A stretch of DNA of 64,000 nucleotides from positions 9,947 to 73,946 of the forward strand of contig CAMYKD010000033.1 of the NCBI GenBank assembly GCA_947258885.1. Reading direction: 5' to 3'. Below the pieces are notes generated by a model. That model saw only the letters and a program-made list of their open reading frames with translations, had not been told where the DNA came from and made no database searches. This DNA is from an uncultured Kiloniellales bacterium (GTDB lineage: Bacteria > Pseudomonadota > Alphaproteobacteria > Kiloniellales > JAKSDN01). Made by a program: the position numbers and the translations under genes. Below, one piece after another: positions 18,075-27,112 of this stretch (its first letter is position 1; the number at the start of each line of letters is the position of its first letter).

Positions 18075-18293
18075 TCAAAACCGCATCACGATCGCGTGTG
18101 CCGGCATTCGGCCGGACGCGCGGCACGCGAAAACCGCGCAAAACGCCTTTGCATGGGCGTTCCGCATATTCGGCGCCCATCGGCCTTGACCCGCCCGTCC
18201 CGGCAGCGTGACGGGAGAACACAATCCACTCCGCGGCGCCCGGTACACCACCCGTTCGCCGGGCTCCAGGAACTGGTCGAGCCTAGTCGCCAT
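18075..18293 (-). pseudogene. truncated fourth unit of the tandem paralog array (only about 21 N-terminal codons are homologous)
   Basis: MATRLDQFLEPGERVVYRAPR matches the N-termini of the three upstream paralogs. After about position 18230 the similarity is lost and the sequence looks like promoter DNA of the 16816-17997 gene. Confidence 0.45.
18140..18158. promoter_or_regulatory. conserved upstream motif AAAACGCCTTYGCATGGGC (copy 1)
   Basis: 18 of 19 nt identical to 20975-20993. Lies about 143 nt upstream of the 17997 start codon. Confidence 0.4.
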
Positions 18294-18399
18294 GGCGCTC
18301 TCCCGGGGCGGCGGGCGGGCCGGCCTGCGGGCCGTAGAGCAGGTCGACGAACCACAGGCAAAGGCGCGCGAAGCGGCCGGTCCTGGCCCCAGGCTCGGG

Positions 18400-19122
18400 C
18401 TAGGGCGCGAAGATCGCGGACTGGCGCATCCACGCGCGCATCTCGGCCCGGGTCAGATGGGGGTGCAGCAGGGCGAGGCCGGACAGCGTGCCGACGACCC
18501 AGCCGACCGCGCCCACCGCGAAGGCGAGCATGAGGTCGCCGATGCGCGAGAGGAGCGCGGCCGAACCGGCAGCGTCCTCGTCTGCGCCGAGGGCCAGGGC
18601 ATAGGCCAGGGCGCCGGCGGCGAAGCCGGCCAGAACGACCGCCTCCTCGGCCAGACGCTCCTTGCGCCCGGGGATCCAGGGCGGCGGCTTATCGGCCGCC
18701 CGGGCGAGGGCGAGGCCGACCTCGGGAGCATTGGCGAGGTGATCCAGGACGACGATGCTGCCGTTCGTCTTCGTGACCCGGACCGCGCGGCCGAGGACCT
18801 CGATCAGCTCGACCTCCTCGACCAGGATCTCCGTGAACTCGAAGCTCCGACCCTCGCCCTTGACGCGCAGCACGCGCCGATCGGTGACTGCCGCCTCGAT
18901 ACCGCCGGCGCTGTGACGCGAGGCCGTCGTCCAGCTGGCGACCAGCACCAGGAGCATGGCGAGAAACGTGGTGAGGCCGCCCCTGGAGGCGTCCATCATC
19001 GGACCCAGGGCGCCCATCACGGCGGCGAGCCCGAAGTGCCCGAACCAGCCGGACTGGTCCTCGGGCTCCCGGTAGAGCACACGCTCCGCGGACTGCAGGA
19101 ACTGATAAAGCTTATCCGCCAT
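18400..19122 (-). CDS. membrane protein with bacterial PH (YdbS/YdbT-like) topology, tandem paralog A (ends at an in-frame TAG relative to its paralogs)
   Basis: MADKLYQFLQSAERVLYREP, 2 TM helices, VTDRRVLRVKGEG...VRVTKTNGSIVVL, then further TM helices. See the finding on the tandem array. Confidence 0.7.
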   Translation of the reverse strand: MADKLYQFLQSAERVLYREPEDQSGWFGHFGLAAVMGALGPMMDASRGGLTTFLAMLLVLVASWTTASRHSAGGIEAAVTDRRVLRVKGEGRSFEFTEILVEEVELIEVLGRAVRVTKTNGSIVVLDHLANAPEVGLALARAADKPPPWIPGRKERLAEEAVVLAGFAAGALAYALALGADEDAAGSAALLSRIGDLMLAFAVGAVGWVVGTLSGLALLHPHLTRAEMRAWMRQSAIFAP

Positions 19123-19972
19123 GGCGTTCGGCTCCCTTGTCTGCGGGTGCGAGCGGCCGGTCGTACACCAGGCCCGCGAGCCTGGAATAGAGCGGGTGCT
19201 TCCACAGCGTCCATCCGGCCAGCCGGCCCTGCGGCCGCATCCGTAACCAGTTCCCGGCCTCCTCCGCGCTGGCGAAGAGCGGCATGAGGGCCACGGCCAC
19301 GAGCGCGGCCAGATGGGTGCCGAGCCAAGCCGCCAGGGCAAGGACGATCGTCGGGCCCAAGATCAGGAGCGGTATTTGGGCGTAGAGCGGCAGAGTGTCG
19401 GAAGGCAGGGCGAAGCGGATGAACAGGACCTGGAAGTAGCAGGCAAAGGTCAGACCACCGAAGAGCGTGCAGTAAAGGGCCAAATGCTCCAGGCACCCTA
19501 TCCAAGGAGGCCGGGGCAGCTTCGCCTGCTCCGCGAGCGCACTGGCGAAGTCCTCTGCGCGGCGCAGCTCGCGCAAGGGGGTCTCCTGTCCGCCGCGCCG
19601 GGCGATCTTCACGGTCAGGGAAAAGATGGCATCGACAAGGTCGACTGCCGCGACATCGGCCAGCGGGATCGCCGTGACGATCTCGCCCCCGTCCCGCGTC
19701 GCCTTATGCAGCACGCGCCGATCGGTGAGGAGGCTTTCGCGCGAGCGGCCCTGTACGAGGAACGCCATGTGAAACCCCCAGGCGACGCAGAGGAAGACCA
19801 GCCCGGCCATGACTGTGAGCGTGGCGCGGTCCAAGAACCCCAGCGCGAAAGCGCCCGCGACCAGGGGTCCGGCGAGCGCGATGGGCCAGAACACCCTGGG
19901 ATTCCAGCCGGGCGGCTCGTGGTAGAGCACCCGCTCGGCGGGCTGCAGGAACTGGTCGAGCTTATCCGCCAA
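19112..19972 (-). CDS. membrane protein with bacterial PH-like topology, tandem paralog B (TTG start)
   Basis: (TTG)ADKLDQFLQPAERVLYHEP..., LTDRRVLHKATRDGGEIV, C-terminal TM bundle, tail LVYDRPLAPADKGAERHGG. The TTG sits exactly where paralog A has ATG, in an identical sequence context (GCGGATAAGCT). Confidence 0.65.
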   Translation of the reverse strand: MADKLDQFLQPAERVLYHEPPGWNPRVFWPIALAGPLVAGAFALGFLDRATLTVMAGLVFLCVAWGFHMAFLVQGRSRESLLTDRRVLHKATRDGGEIVTAIPLADVAAVDLVDAIFSLTVKIARRGGQETPLRELRRAEDFASALAEQAKLPRPPWIGCLEHLALYCTLFGGLTFACYFQVLFIRFALPSDTLPLYAQIPLLILGPTIVLALAAWLGTHLAALVAVALMPLFASAEEAGNWLRMRPQGRLAGWTLWKHPLYSRLAGLVYDRPLAPADKGAERHGG

Positions 19973-20825
19973 GGCCGGATCCCCCGCTTTGCGGCGCCAG
20001 CGGCCGGCCGTAGAGCAGGTGGGCGAACCGCCGTTTGATCGACGCCTCCGGGCCGGGGTCGTCCGGTGCGCTGGGGTGCGGCCAGAACGCGGCACTGTTC
20101 ATGATCCAGGCGTCCATCTGGTCCAGGCTGAGGAAGGGCCGCAGCAGGAGCAGAGCGAGGTTGCCGCCGAAGACGAGGATTCCGATCGCATGGGTGAACC
20201 AGCCGAGGAAGAGGAACCCCGTCGCGGGGATCAGCCAACCGATCGACCGGGCGAATTCGACCGCGTGGGGATAGAGCCACTTGAGCGGTACCAGCGCCAC
20301 GACGAGTCCGGCGGCCATGCCGCAGACCAGCCAAACGTAGTCGGCCACCACCTCGTGCCGTGGCGCCAGGCGCGGCGGCGGCAGGCCGGCGGCGCTGGCG
20401 AGCGCCACGCCCATGCCCCAGCCGTCCTGCGGGTGACCGAGGTCGAGTTTTGTCCCGTCGTGCCGCGTGATGCGCACCTGGTCCTTGACCGCCTCGACCT
20501 TGCTGATGTCCTCGACTCCGACCGTCACCACCGTCGGGTCCAACCAGCCGGTCCTGTACAGCAGGCGGCGGTCGGTCACCAGGGCCTCGCGCGACCAGTC
20601 CCGGACGTAGCAGCAGAGCATGTAGAGGATGAGTCCGGCCATTGCGGCCGCGAGCGACGCCAAGCTGGCGGCATCGTAGCGGAGCAGCCCCAGGGCCGCG
20701 GCGATGGCAAGGGCGATGGCCAAGGCCGAGTGTTCCTTGAACCATTGGTTCGGCTCCCAACGCCGCGGCACCCGGTAGACGATGGTCTCCCGCGGCTCGA
20801 GCAAGCGATCGAAAGTATCTGTCAT
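19962..20825 (-). CDS. membrane protein with bacterial PH-like topology, tandem paralog C
   Basis: MTDTFDRLLEPRETIVYRVP..., VTDRRLLYRTGWLDP...VRITRHDGTKLDL, C-terminal TM bundle, tail LLYGRPLAPQSGGSGLGG. GGGGAG Shine-Dalgarno before ATG 20825. Confidence 0.7.
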   Translation of the reverse strand: MTDTFDRLLEPRETIVYRVPRRWEPNQWFKEHSALAIALAIAAALGLLRYDAASLASLAAAMAGLILYMLCCYVRDWSREALVTDRRLLYRTGWLDPTVVTVGVEDISKVEAVKDQVRITRHDGTKLDLGHPQDGWGMGVALASAAGLPPPRLAPRHEVVADYVWLVCGMAAGLVVALVPLKWLYPHAVEFARSIGWLIPATGFLFLGWFTHAIGILVFGGNLALLLLRPFLSLDQMDAWIMNSAAFWPHPSAPDDPGPEASIKRRFAHLLYGRPLAPQSGGSGLGG

Positions 20826-20974
20826 GGCTCCCCACACTTACGCCTGCACGCGCGACCGAAGACGCCGGCGCGACCCCGACCACGGCAGCGTGCATGCGTA
20901 AGGCTAATATTCTCTCAACAGGTGAGGTTAACGGCTCGCGTCGGCGGCGCGCGGGACCGCCCGGAAGGCGGCGG

Positions 20975-20993
20975 AAAACGCCTTCGCATGGGC
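20975..20993. promoter_or_regulatory. conserved upstream motif AAAACGCCTTYGCATGGGC (copy 2)
   Basis: About 150 nt upstream of the paralog C start (20825). Matches 18140-18158. Confidence 0.4.
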
Positions 20994-21044
20994 TCGAATG
21001 CCCAATTCCGGGGTCGGCCGGGTTTCGAGCCTTGGTCGGCCGAG

Positions 21045-21635
21045 CTAGGGCGCGCCCGACAGCGCCTCGTAGCGCTCCAGGAAGCGCGTTTTGGCCTCGG
21101 CGGGGGGCCAGGGCGCGAGCTCGATCTCGTCGAGGCCGCGGGGGCTGCCGAAGAAGCGGCGCGCCTCGCTTACCGCGAAGCCGGCGAGCTGGGTCGCCTC
21201 GAGGTAGGCCGCCGCCCGATCCGCGCGCTTGATGAGGGCCTTGGCCGCTTTCGGCAGCTCGGGCGGCAGGGCGAAGCGGATGTGGATGGCCTGGAGCAGC
21301 CGATGCTCCAGCGCCCTGTAGTCGAGGCCGACCGCGTTCTTGAAGGGGGTGATCAGGTCGCCGATGACGTATTCCGGGGCGTCGTGCAGCAGGGCGGCGA
21401 GGCGCCAGGCATCGGGCGCCTTGGGGCGGAAGCGGCCGACCAGCGCCTCCACCAGCAGGGAGTGTTGGGCCACGGTGAATGCCCACTGGCCGCCGGTCTG
21501 GCCGTTCCAGCGCGCGACGCGGCTGAGCCCATGGGCGATGTCCTCGATCTCGACGTCGAGCGGCGAGGGGTCCAAGAGGTCGAGCCGGCGCCCGCTCAGC
21601 ATCCTCTGCCAGGCACGCGGCGGCGGTTGGGTCAT
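21045..21635 (-). CDS. HD-domain phosphohydrolase (YfbR-like)
   Basis: VAQHSLLV, LLHDAPEYVIGDLITP, RADRAAAYLE. Start MTQPPP at 21635, because the longer N-terminal extension runs into a repeat element. Confidence 0.7.
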   Translation of the reverse strand: MTQPPPRAWQRMLSGRRLDLLDPSPLDVEIEDIAHGLSRVARWNGQTGGQWAFTVAQHSLLVEALVGRFRPKAPDAWRLAALLHDAPEYVIGDLITPFKNAVGLDYRALEHRLLQAIHIRFALPPELPKAAKALIKRADRAAAYLEATQLAGFAVSEARRFFGSPRGLDEIELAPWPPAEAKTRFLERYEALSGAP

Positions 21636-21678
21636 GGGCTCAGACGGCCTGGCTTGCTGGGGGAATTGCTCCCCGAAT

Positions 21679-21753
21679 GTCATGGCCGGGCTTGACCCGG
21701 CCATCCAGGGCGCAGGCCCCACTGTGGATGCGCGGATCACGTCCGGGCATGAC
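21679..21753. repeat. REP-like intergenic palindromic element
   Basis: Hairpin ATGGCCGGG-cttga-CCCGGCCAT (21682-21704). GTCATGGCCGGG (21679-21690) is near-complementary to TCCGGGCATGAC (21742-21753). This is the GC-rich intergenic repeat type that creates spurious PGLDPAI/SGHD peptides in alphaproteobacteria. Confidence 0.4.
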
Positions 21754-21871
21754 AGTATTGAGTTTGGGGTCTGGCATAGGTGCCCGGACGGTCTCCCCTA
21801 ATGCCGCAGGCCGGGCAGGACGAGCTGCTCGATCCAGTTGCGCACCTCGGCGCGGCGGATGTCGGCGTTCA

Positions 21872-22663
21872 TCACGTCCTCGTCGATTCGATACCGAGCA
21901 GCCAGGCGAGGTCCTTGCGGCCCGGGTCCTGGTGCAGCGCCTCGAGCTTGTCGACGAAGTCCTGGGCGGCCTCGACGTCCTGGAAGAAGCCCTTCTCGGT
22001 CAGCTTCTGCTTGCGGCAGTAGCAAAGCCGCGCCAGCTCGTGCAGGTCGTATTCCGGGTGGTATTGCAGGCCCCAGAACTGGCCGCCGTTGTGGGTCACG
22101 GCGACGGACTGCATGTGGGTGTGGCGGTTCGAGGCGAGCAGCACGCCGCCCGGCGGCAGGTGCGTGATCTCGTCGTCGTGGCTGATGAAGGCGTCGAACA
22201 CGGACTTCTTGCCGTGGTAGAGCGGGTGGGCTCGGCCCTCGTGGGTCAGTGCGATCTTGCGCGCCAGGCCCATCTCGCGGCCCTTGGGGTTGGCCGCGCA
22301 GTGGCCGCCGGCCGCGACCACGGCGATCTGCGCCGCCCAGCAGCTGCCGAAGCCGGGCACCTTGGCCTCGAAGGCGGCCTTGGCGAACTCGATCTGCGGC
22401 GTCACCTTGGGATCGTCGGCATAGATCGTCAGGCTGGAGCCGGTCCAGGCGACGCCGGCGTACTGCCCGATCGCCGCGCCCTTGGGCAGGCTGCTGTCCG
22501 GGTCGGCCGGGGTGACGATGTCGACTTCTGCGCCGCCCGGGGTGCACGCCTTCAGCATCCGCTCGTAGAGGTCGCCCGCCGTGCTCGCGCCGCCGGCCTG
22601 CAGGTCCTCGCGGCCCTCGCGGGCGTAGCCGTCGACCACGAGGAAGCACGGTTTCTTCGCCAT
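21872..22663 (-). CDS. class I (type 1) glutamine amidotransferase-like protein, probably frameshifted near its 3' end
   Basis: MAKKPCFLVVDGY..., GFGSCWAAQI (nucleophile elbow Cys), LQYHPEY. The reading frame ends 5 codons after a 5-bp tandem duplication, while a GC3-rich continuation runs in another frame down to 21798. Confidence 0.7.
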   Translation of the reverse strand: MAKKPCFLVVDGYAREGREDLQAGGASTAGDLYERMLKACTPGGAEVDIVTPADPDSSLPKGAAIGQYAGVAWTGSSLTIYADDPKVTPQIEFAKAAFEAKVPGFGSCWAAQIAVVAAGGHCAANPKGREMGLARKIALTHEGRAHPLYHGKKSVFDAFISHDDEITHLPPGGVLLASNRHTHMQSVAVTHNGGQFWGLQYHPEYDLHELARLCYCRKQKLTEKGFFQDVEAAQDFVDKLEALHQDPGRKDLAWLLGIESTRT

Positions 22664-22679
22664 CTCAGGCGTCCGCCCC

Positions 22680-23432
22680 TCAGCCGCCGGCCAGCCGGTC
22701 GACGAGGGCCGGCAGGTCGGCGTGGCGCTCGCAGACCGCGTCGGCGCTGGTCGTCGCCTTGTCGTTGTCGCGGCTGGCGGTGAACAGGATCGCCTTGGCG
22801 CCCAGCGCCTGCGGGCCCTTGACGTCGTTGTGGTCGCGGTCGCCGACGTGGACCATCTGGAAGAACTCGACGCCGAGCTGCCGGGCCGCCGCCTCGAACA
22901 TGGCGCGGTGCGGCTTGGAGCGCCCGACCTCGTCGGAAAAGGCGAAGCCCGAGAAGTAGTCCGCGAGGCCGTGCTTGCCGAGCAGGGCGCGCAGGCCGGT
23001 GCCCGGCGTCACGATGGTGTCCGAGACGATGCACAGCTTGTAGCGCCGGGAGAGGGCCTTGAGCGCCTCGCCGATGCCTTCGATGGCGTCCGGGTAGACC
23101 TCGACCTCCATGACCTCGTGGGCCTCGACGACGGCCTCGAAGTCGTCCTCCGGCAGGCTGCGCCCCAAGCCGTCCAGGACGACCTTGAGGCGCTCGGCAA
23201 TCGTCCAGGTGATGTGCTGCTCGTGCCAGACCTTGTTGAAGGCGGCGTCGGCCACGTCGTACGCGGTATCCACCGCGGCCCGGTCGGCGGGCGCGATGCG
23301 CTCGAGCGCCTGCCAGACCAGATGGCGGCGCTCGTCGCGCTTCGAGCGCAGGCCCTGGGCGGCGCGCTTGGGTTCGTCGGTGTCGTCGTAGACGATGGTG
23401 TCCCAAAGGTCGAAGGTGACCGCCTTGATCAT
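22680..23432 (-). CDS. HAD-superfamily hydrolase
   Basis: MIKAVTFDLWDT (motif I DxD), SDT (motif II), GRSKP (motif III Lys), HVGDRDHNDV (motif IV). Confidence 0.8.
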   Translation of the reverse strand: MIKAVTFDLWDTIVYDDTDEPKRAAQGLRSKRDERRHLVWQALERIAPADRAAVDTAYDVADAAFNKVWHEQHITWTIAERLKVVLDGLGRSLPEDDFEAVVEAHEVMEVEVYPDAIEGIGEALKALSRRYKLCIVSDTIVTPGTGLRALLGKHGLADYFSGFAFSDEVGRSKPHRAMFEAAARQLGVEFFQMVHVGDRDHNDVKGPQALGAKAILFTASRDNDKATTSADAVCERHADLPALVDRLAGG

Positions 23433-23564
23433 CGCTGCTTCCCGGACCGCGCCAAGACAAAGCGGCGGGAATCTACGCCGCGTCCGCGGCCCCGGCAACC
23501 GCATTCTGGATGGGTCGCCGAGGGGCGGGCTCAGGGCGGGTGCCCCCGAGAACGTCCCGTGTCC

Positions 23565-23774
23565 TCAGGCCTTCACGACGTGGATCGCCGCCTCCGGCTC
23601 GGGCGCGCTCCGTGGGCCGCAGGCGATGAGCAGCTCTTGCCACTCGGCCTGCGCGCCGCACATGAGGCAGGTCACCGTGCCGGTCAGTTCGACGCCATGA
23701 TCGCAGAAGGAGAGGTTGTAATGCCCGCAGTGACACTTCAGGACGTAGGTGCCACCGCTCTTGGACAGGTACAT
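23565..23774 (-). CDS. small Cys-rich (zinc-ribbon-like) protein, unknown function
   Basis: 69 aa, GC3-rich, with CHCGH...C and CLMC cysteine pairs. Confidence 0.45.
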   Translation of the reverse strand: MYLSKSGGTYVLKCHCGHYNLSFCDHGVELTGTVTCLMCGAQAEWQELLIACGPRSAPEPEAAIHVVKA

Positions 23775-23981
23775 CGCTAAGGTCCTACCTGGACCGGACC
23801 GGTCGGTCCGGTGATCGTTTCTGGGACCAGTTTAACGGGTAAAGGTAACGGCCGGATTAACGCTTAAGGGCCGCTAAGCATGAATCCGGGTGGATCCGAC
23901 CGCGCGGCCGCGGCTGGATCTATCGCGGGAATGCTGAGATAGCGAGCCGTGTCGCACGATGATGGACAAGGGGGCTCATAC

Positions 23982-24030
23982 TTGCCCAAACTGGACCACA
24001 CAATATCCGTCGCGCCGATGATGGATGGAC
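23982..24030 (+). repeat. displaced pseudo-5' end of dusA (codons 1-15), putative att remnant
   Basis: TTG CCC AAA CTG GAC CAC ACA ATA TCC GTC GCG CCG ATG ATG GAT aligns codon-for-codon with dusA 25017-25061 (M I R P D H R L S V A P M M D). A further degenerate copy GTCGCACGATGATGGAC lies at 23951-23967. Confidence 0.6.
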
Positions 24031-24197
24031 ACGATTCTTCCTTTCTATCAATAAGATAGAGTTGGCCGTGTGCGCTATGCGTGCATGCGCACGACGCGAC
24101 AGAGTGAATCCTCAAGAGCTGGAATGCGAAACCAGCGGCTCTGGCAAGGGATTTGCCGTATGGGACGTTGGTTAGCGCAAGCTTGCTTCCCGACGGG

Positions 24198-24620
24198 TCA
24201 CCGGGCGCCTTCCCACGGATTGAGAAGCGGGATACCCGTTTGCTCGAAGTGCTTGACGTTACGCGTCGCGAGAGCGGCGCCCTGCGCCCGGGCGATCGCC
24301 GCGATCTGCCCGTCGAGGATCGGAAGACCGACACCGGCGGATCTGGCCGTCGCCATGAGGCGGCCGTACTCAACAGCGGCCGCCAAGTCGAAAGGAACGA
24401 CGCGCCCCCCGAACTGACCGACGACCCGGTCGACCAGGTCGCCACTCACCCGCTTGCGCCGACCGTCCGGCAGGATCGACCAGCCATAGTAGAGCTCGGC
24501 CGCTACGATGGCGGGGAGATAGAGGTCCTCCGGCGCCTGGGTGTTCAGCCACTGCACGACGGCGGGATCTGGACTGGGCCTCAGCGGTTCCGAAACGACG
24601 TTGGTGTCCAGCAGAATCAC
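24198..24620 (-). CDS. vapC: PIN-domain toxin VapC/FitB
   Basis: MILLDTNVVSE (first catalytic Asp), typical VapC length, IAAIA...LATRNVKHF C-terminal motif. Confidence 0.85.
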   Translation of the reverse strand: MILLDTNVVSEPLRPSPDPAVVQWLNTQAPEDLYLPAIVAAELYYGWSILPDGRRKRVSGDLVDRVVGQFGGRVVPFDLAAAVEYGRLMATARSAGVGLPILDGQIAAIARAQGAALATRNVKHFEQTGIPLLNPWEGAR

Positions 24621-24853
24621 AGCGCGATCGGTTCATGCGGCCTGCGGTCGCGGACGTCCGGCAGCTCAAGCCCGGGTCGTGAAAGTCCGACCAGCAGATC
24701 GCCCAGCGGCCTGCCCCCGGCCGGGTGCCGCCCGACGGCTGATCGGAGGATCTGCCGGACCTCCTCTTCCATCGAGTGCTCGTGCTGGGCCGCCCGCTGC
24801 CGCAGCAGGCGTTTGGTCTCGTCGTCGATGTTCCGGATCGTCAGCGTGGCCAT
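24617..24853 (-). CDS. vapB: antitoxin VapB/FitA-like (ribbon-helix-helix type)
   Basis: MATLTIRNIDDETKRLLRQRAAQHEHSMEEEVRQILR. 4-nt overlap with vapC. Confidence 0.75.
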   Translation of the reverse strand: MATLTIRNIDDETKRLLRQRAAQHEHSMEEEVRQILRSAVGRHPAGGRPLGDLLVGLSRPGLELPDVRDRRPHEPIAL

Positions 24854-24866
24854 GTCGCCCTACAGG

Positions 24867-24899
24867 TTGACTGCGTTGAATGCGATGCTATCATTGCAA
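24867..24899 (+). promoter_or_regulatory. promoter-like element upstream of dusA plus a palindromic operator candidate in the vapBC/dusA divergent region
   Basis: TTGACT (24867-24872), 16-nt spacer, TATCAT (24889-24894). Overlapping perfect palindrome ATTGCAAT. Confidence 0.35.
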
Positions 24900-25016
24900 T
24901 CATTATACTCCAATGAACCTGCCATGTCCAAGGCCGGTTGCCTGACGACCCGGTGCCGGCGCCCTGCGATCCAAGAGTTTGGCAGGCGGGGCGCGGAGGA
25001 CTATCTTCGCCAGGCT

Positions 25017-26015
<999 letters not shown>

Positions 26016-26022
26016 CGCGCCG

Positions 26023-27030
26023 CTACCGGTGCAGCGTGCCGTCCGGATAGAACGCGTTGAACACGAAGGCGAAGGTGACGTCGTAGGCGACGTCCTCCAG
26101 GCCAGCCGCCGACTTGCGCTGCGCCATGACGTTGCCGACATCGCGGCCGTCGGCGATCGCGCGGGTGTCGAGGGCCGAGTTCTGGCCGGCCTCCCAGGTG
26201 AGGATCAGCTCCCCGGCCTCGATCCGGCCCTTCGTCCGGAGGCTGTCGAGGGTCCAGGCCTCGTCGCCGATCTTGATGACGCGCGCCAGCGCCGGCAGGT
26301 CGTCCGGTAGCGCGCCCACCGGGAAATAAGGCCGCGTGCGGCTGTCGTAGCCCGTATAGGGGTTCATGCCATACGAACGCATGCCCGGGTTATTGGGCAC
26401 CAGGACCTTGCCCTGGGGGTAGCGCGCGGCGAAGCGCTCCCAGGACTCCAGGCGCGCCGGGATGATCTTCAAGAGAGTCCCGGTGCGCTGGCCGACGATG
26501 GCCTCGCCCAGGAACTGCTGCCACCAGCTCTCGGTCGCCCGGTCGTACATGACCAGGTCGGAGTTGCGCAGCTTGCCGGTCGTGCCGAACTCGGTGGCTT
26601 GGCCGTCCACCCGGCGGTCGAAAACGATGGCCGAGTTGCATAAGGGGCAGTAGGTCACGGCCACCGGCACGCCGCCGACCACGTCGTTGACGATCTCGTG
26701 CCAGGTCAGGACACGCAGGGGATAGGCCCGGGCGTCGCCCTCGATGGCGAGGCCGATGACGGGCTCGGTGGGCGCGAGGTCGGGCGCCTGCGACACCGCC
26801 ACGAAGGCCGGATCGTCGATCGAGGGAATCCCGTCCTTGGGTGGCCCGCCGCTCATGATGTCGTCGAGGCCCACGGAATGCTTCGAGAAGTCGGTGTCGG
26901 GCCACTCGTAGCGCCAGGCTTCGGGACCGGCCAGGGCGGCCGTTGCCGAGGTGAGCTGCAAAGCCAGGCAGGCAACGAAGACCGCCCCGACCGGAACCGG
27001 GACACGAGGGGTTGATGAAGATCGGTTCAT
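26023..27030 (-). CDS. secreted DUF3179-family protein
   Basis: Signal peptide, then DGIPSIDDP, AYPLRVLTWHEIVND, VAVTYCPLCNS, TGKLRNSDLVMYDRATESWWQQ. Confidence 0.75.
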   Translation of the reverse strand: MNRSSSTPRVPVPVGAVFVACLALQLTSATAALAGPEAWRYEWPDTDFSKHSVGLDDIMSGGPPKDGIPSIDDPAFVAVSQAPDLAPTEPVIGLAIEGDARAYPLRVLTWHEIVNDVVGGVPVAVTYCPLCNSAIVFDRRVDGQATEFGTTGKLRNSDLVMYDRATESWWQQFLGEAIVGQRTGTLLKIIPARLESWERFAARYPQGKVLVPNNPGMRSYGMNPYTGYDSRTRPYFPVGALPDDLPALARVIKIGDEAWTLDSLRTKGRIEAGELILTWEAGQNSALDTRAIADGRDVGNVMAQRKSAAGLEDVAYDVTFAFVFNAFYPDGTLHR

Positions 27031-27112
27031 GCCCCGAGCATCGCCCAGGGCGGCCTCGAAGGCCAGTCACAAGGGCTTGAGGACGCCGTGTGCCGCCGGG
27101 TGCGGTCGCGGG

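Noticed and set aside
19615-21695. ORFs 19615..21486- (623 aa) and 19989..21695+ (568 aa)
   Set aside because: They are Arg/Pro/Gly-rich and cut across the paralog array, its promoter region and the HD gene. No domain signatures.
24153-25016. N-terminal extension of dusA (track ORF 24153..26015)
   Set aside because: It reads antisense through vapBC. DusA homology begins at MIRPDHRLSVAPMMDW (ATG 25017).
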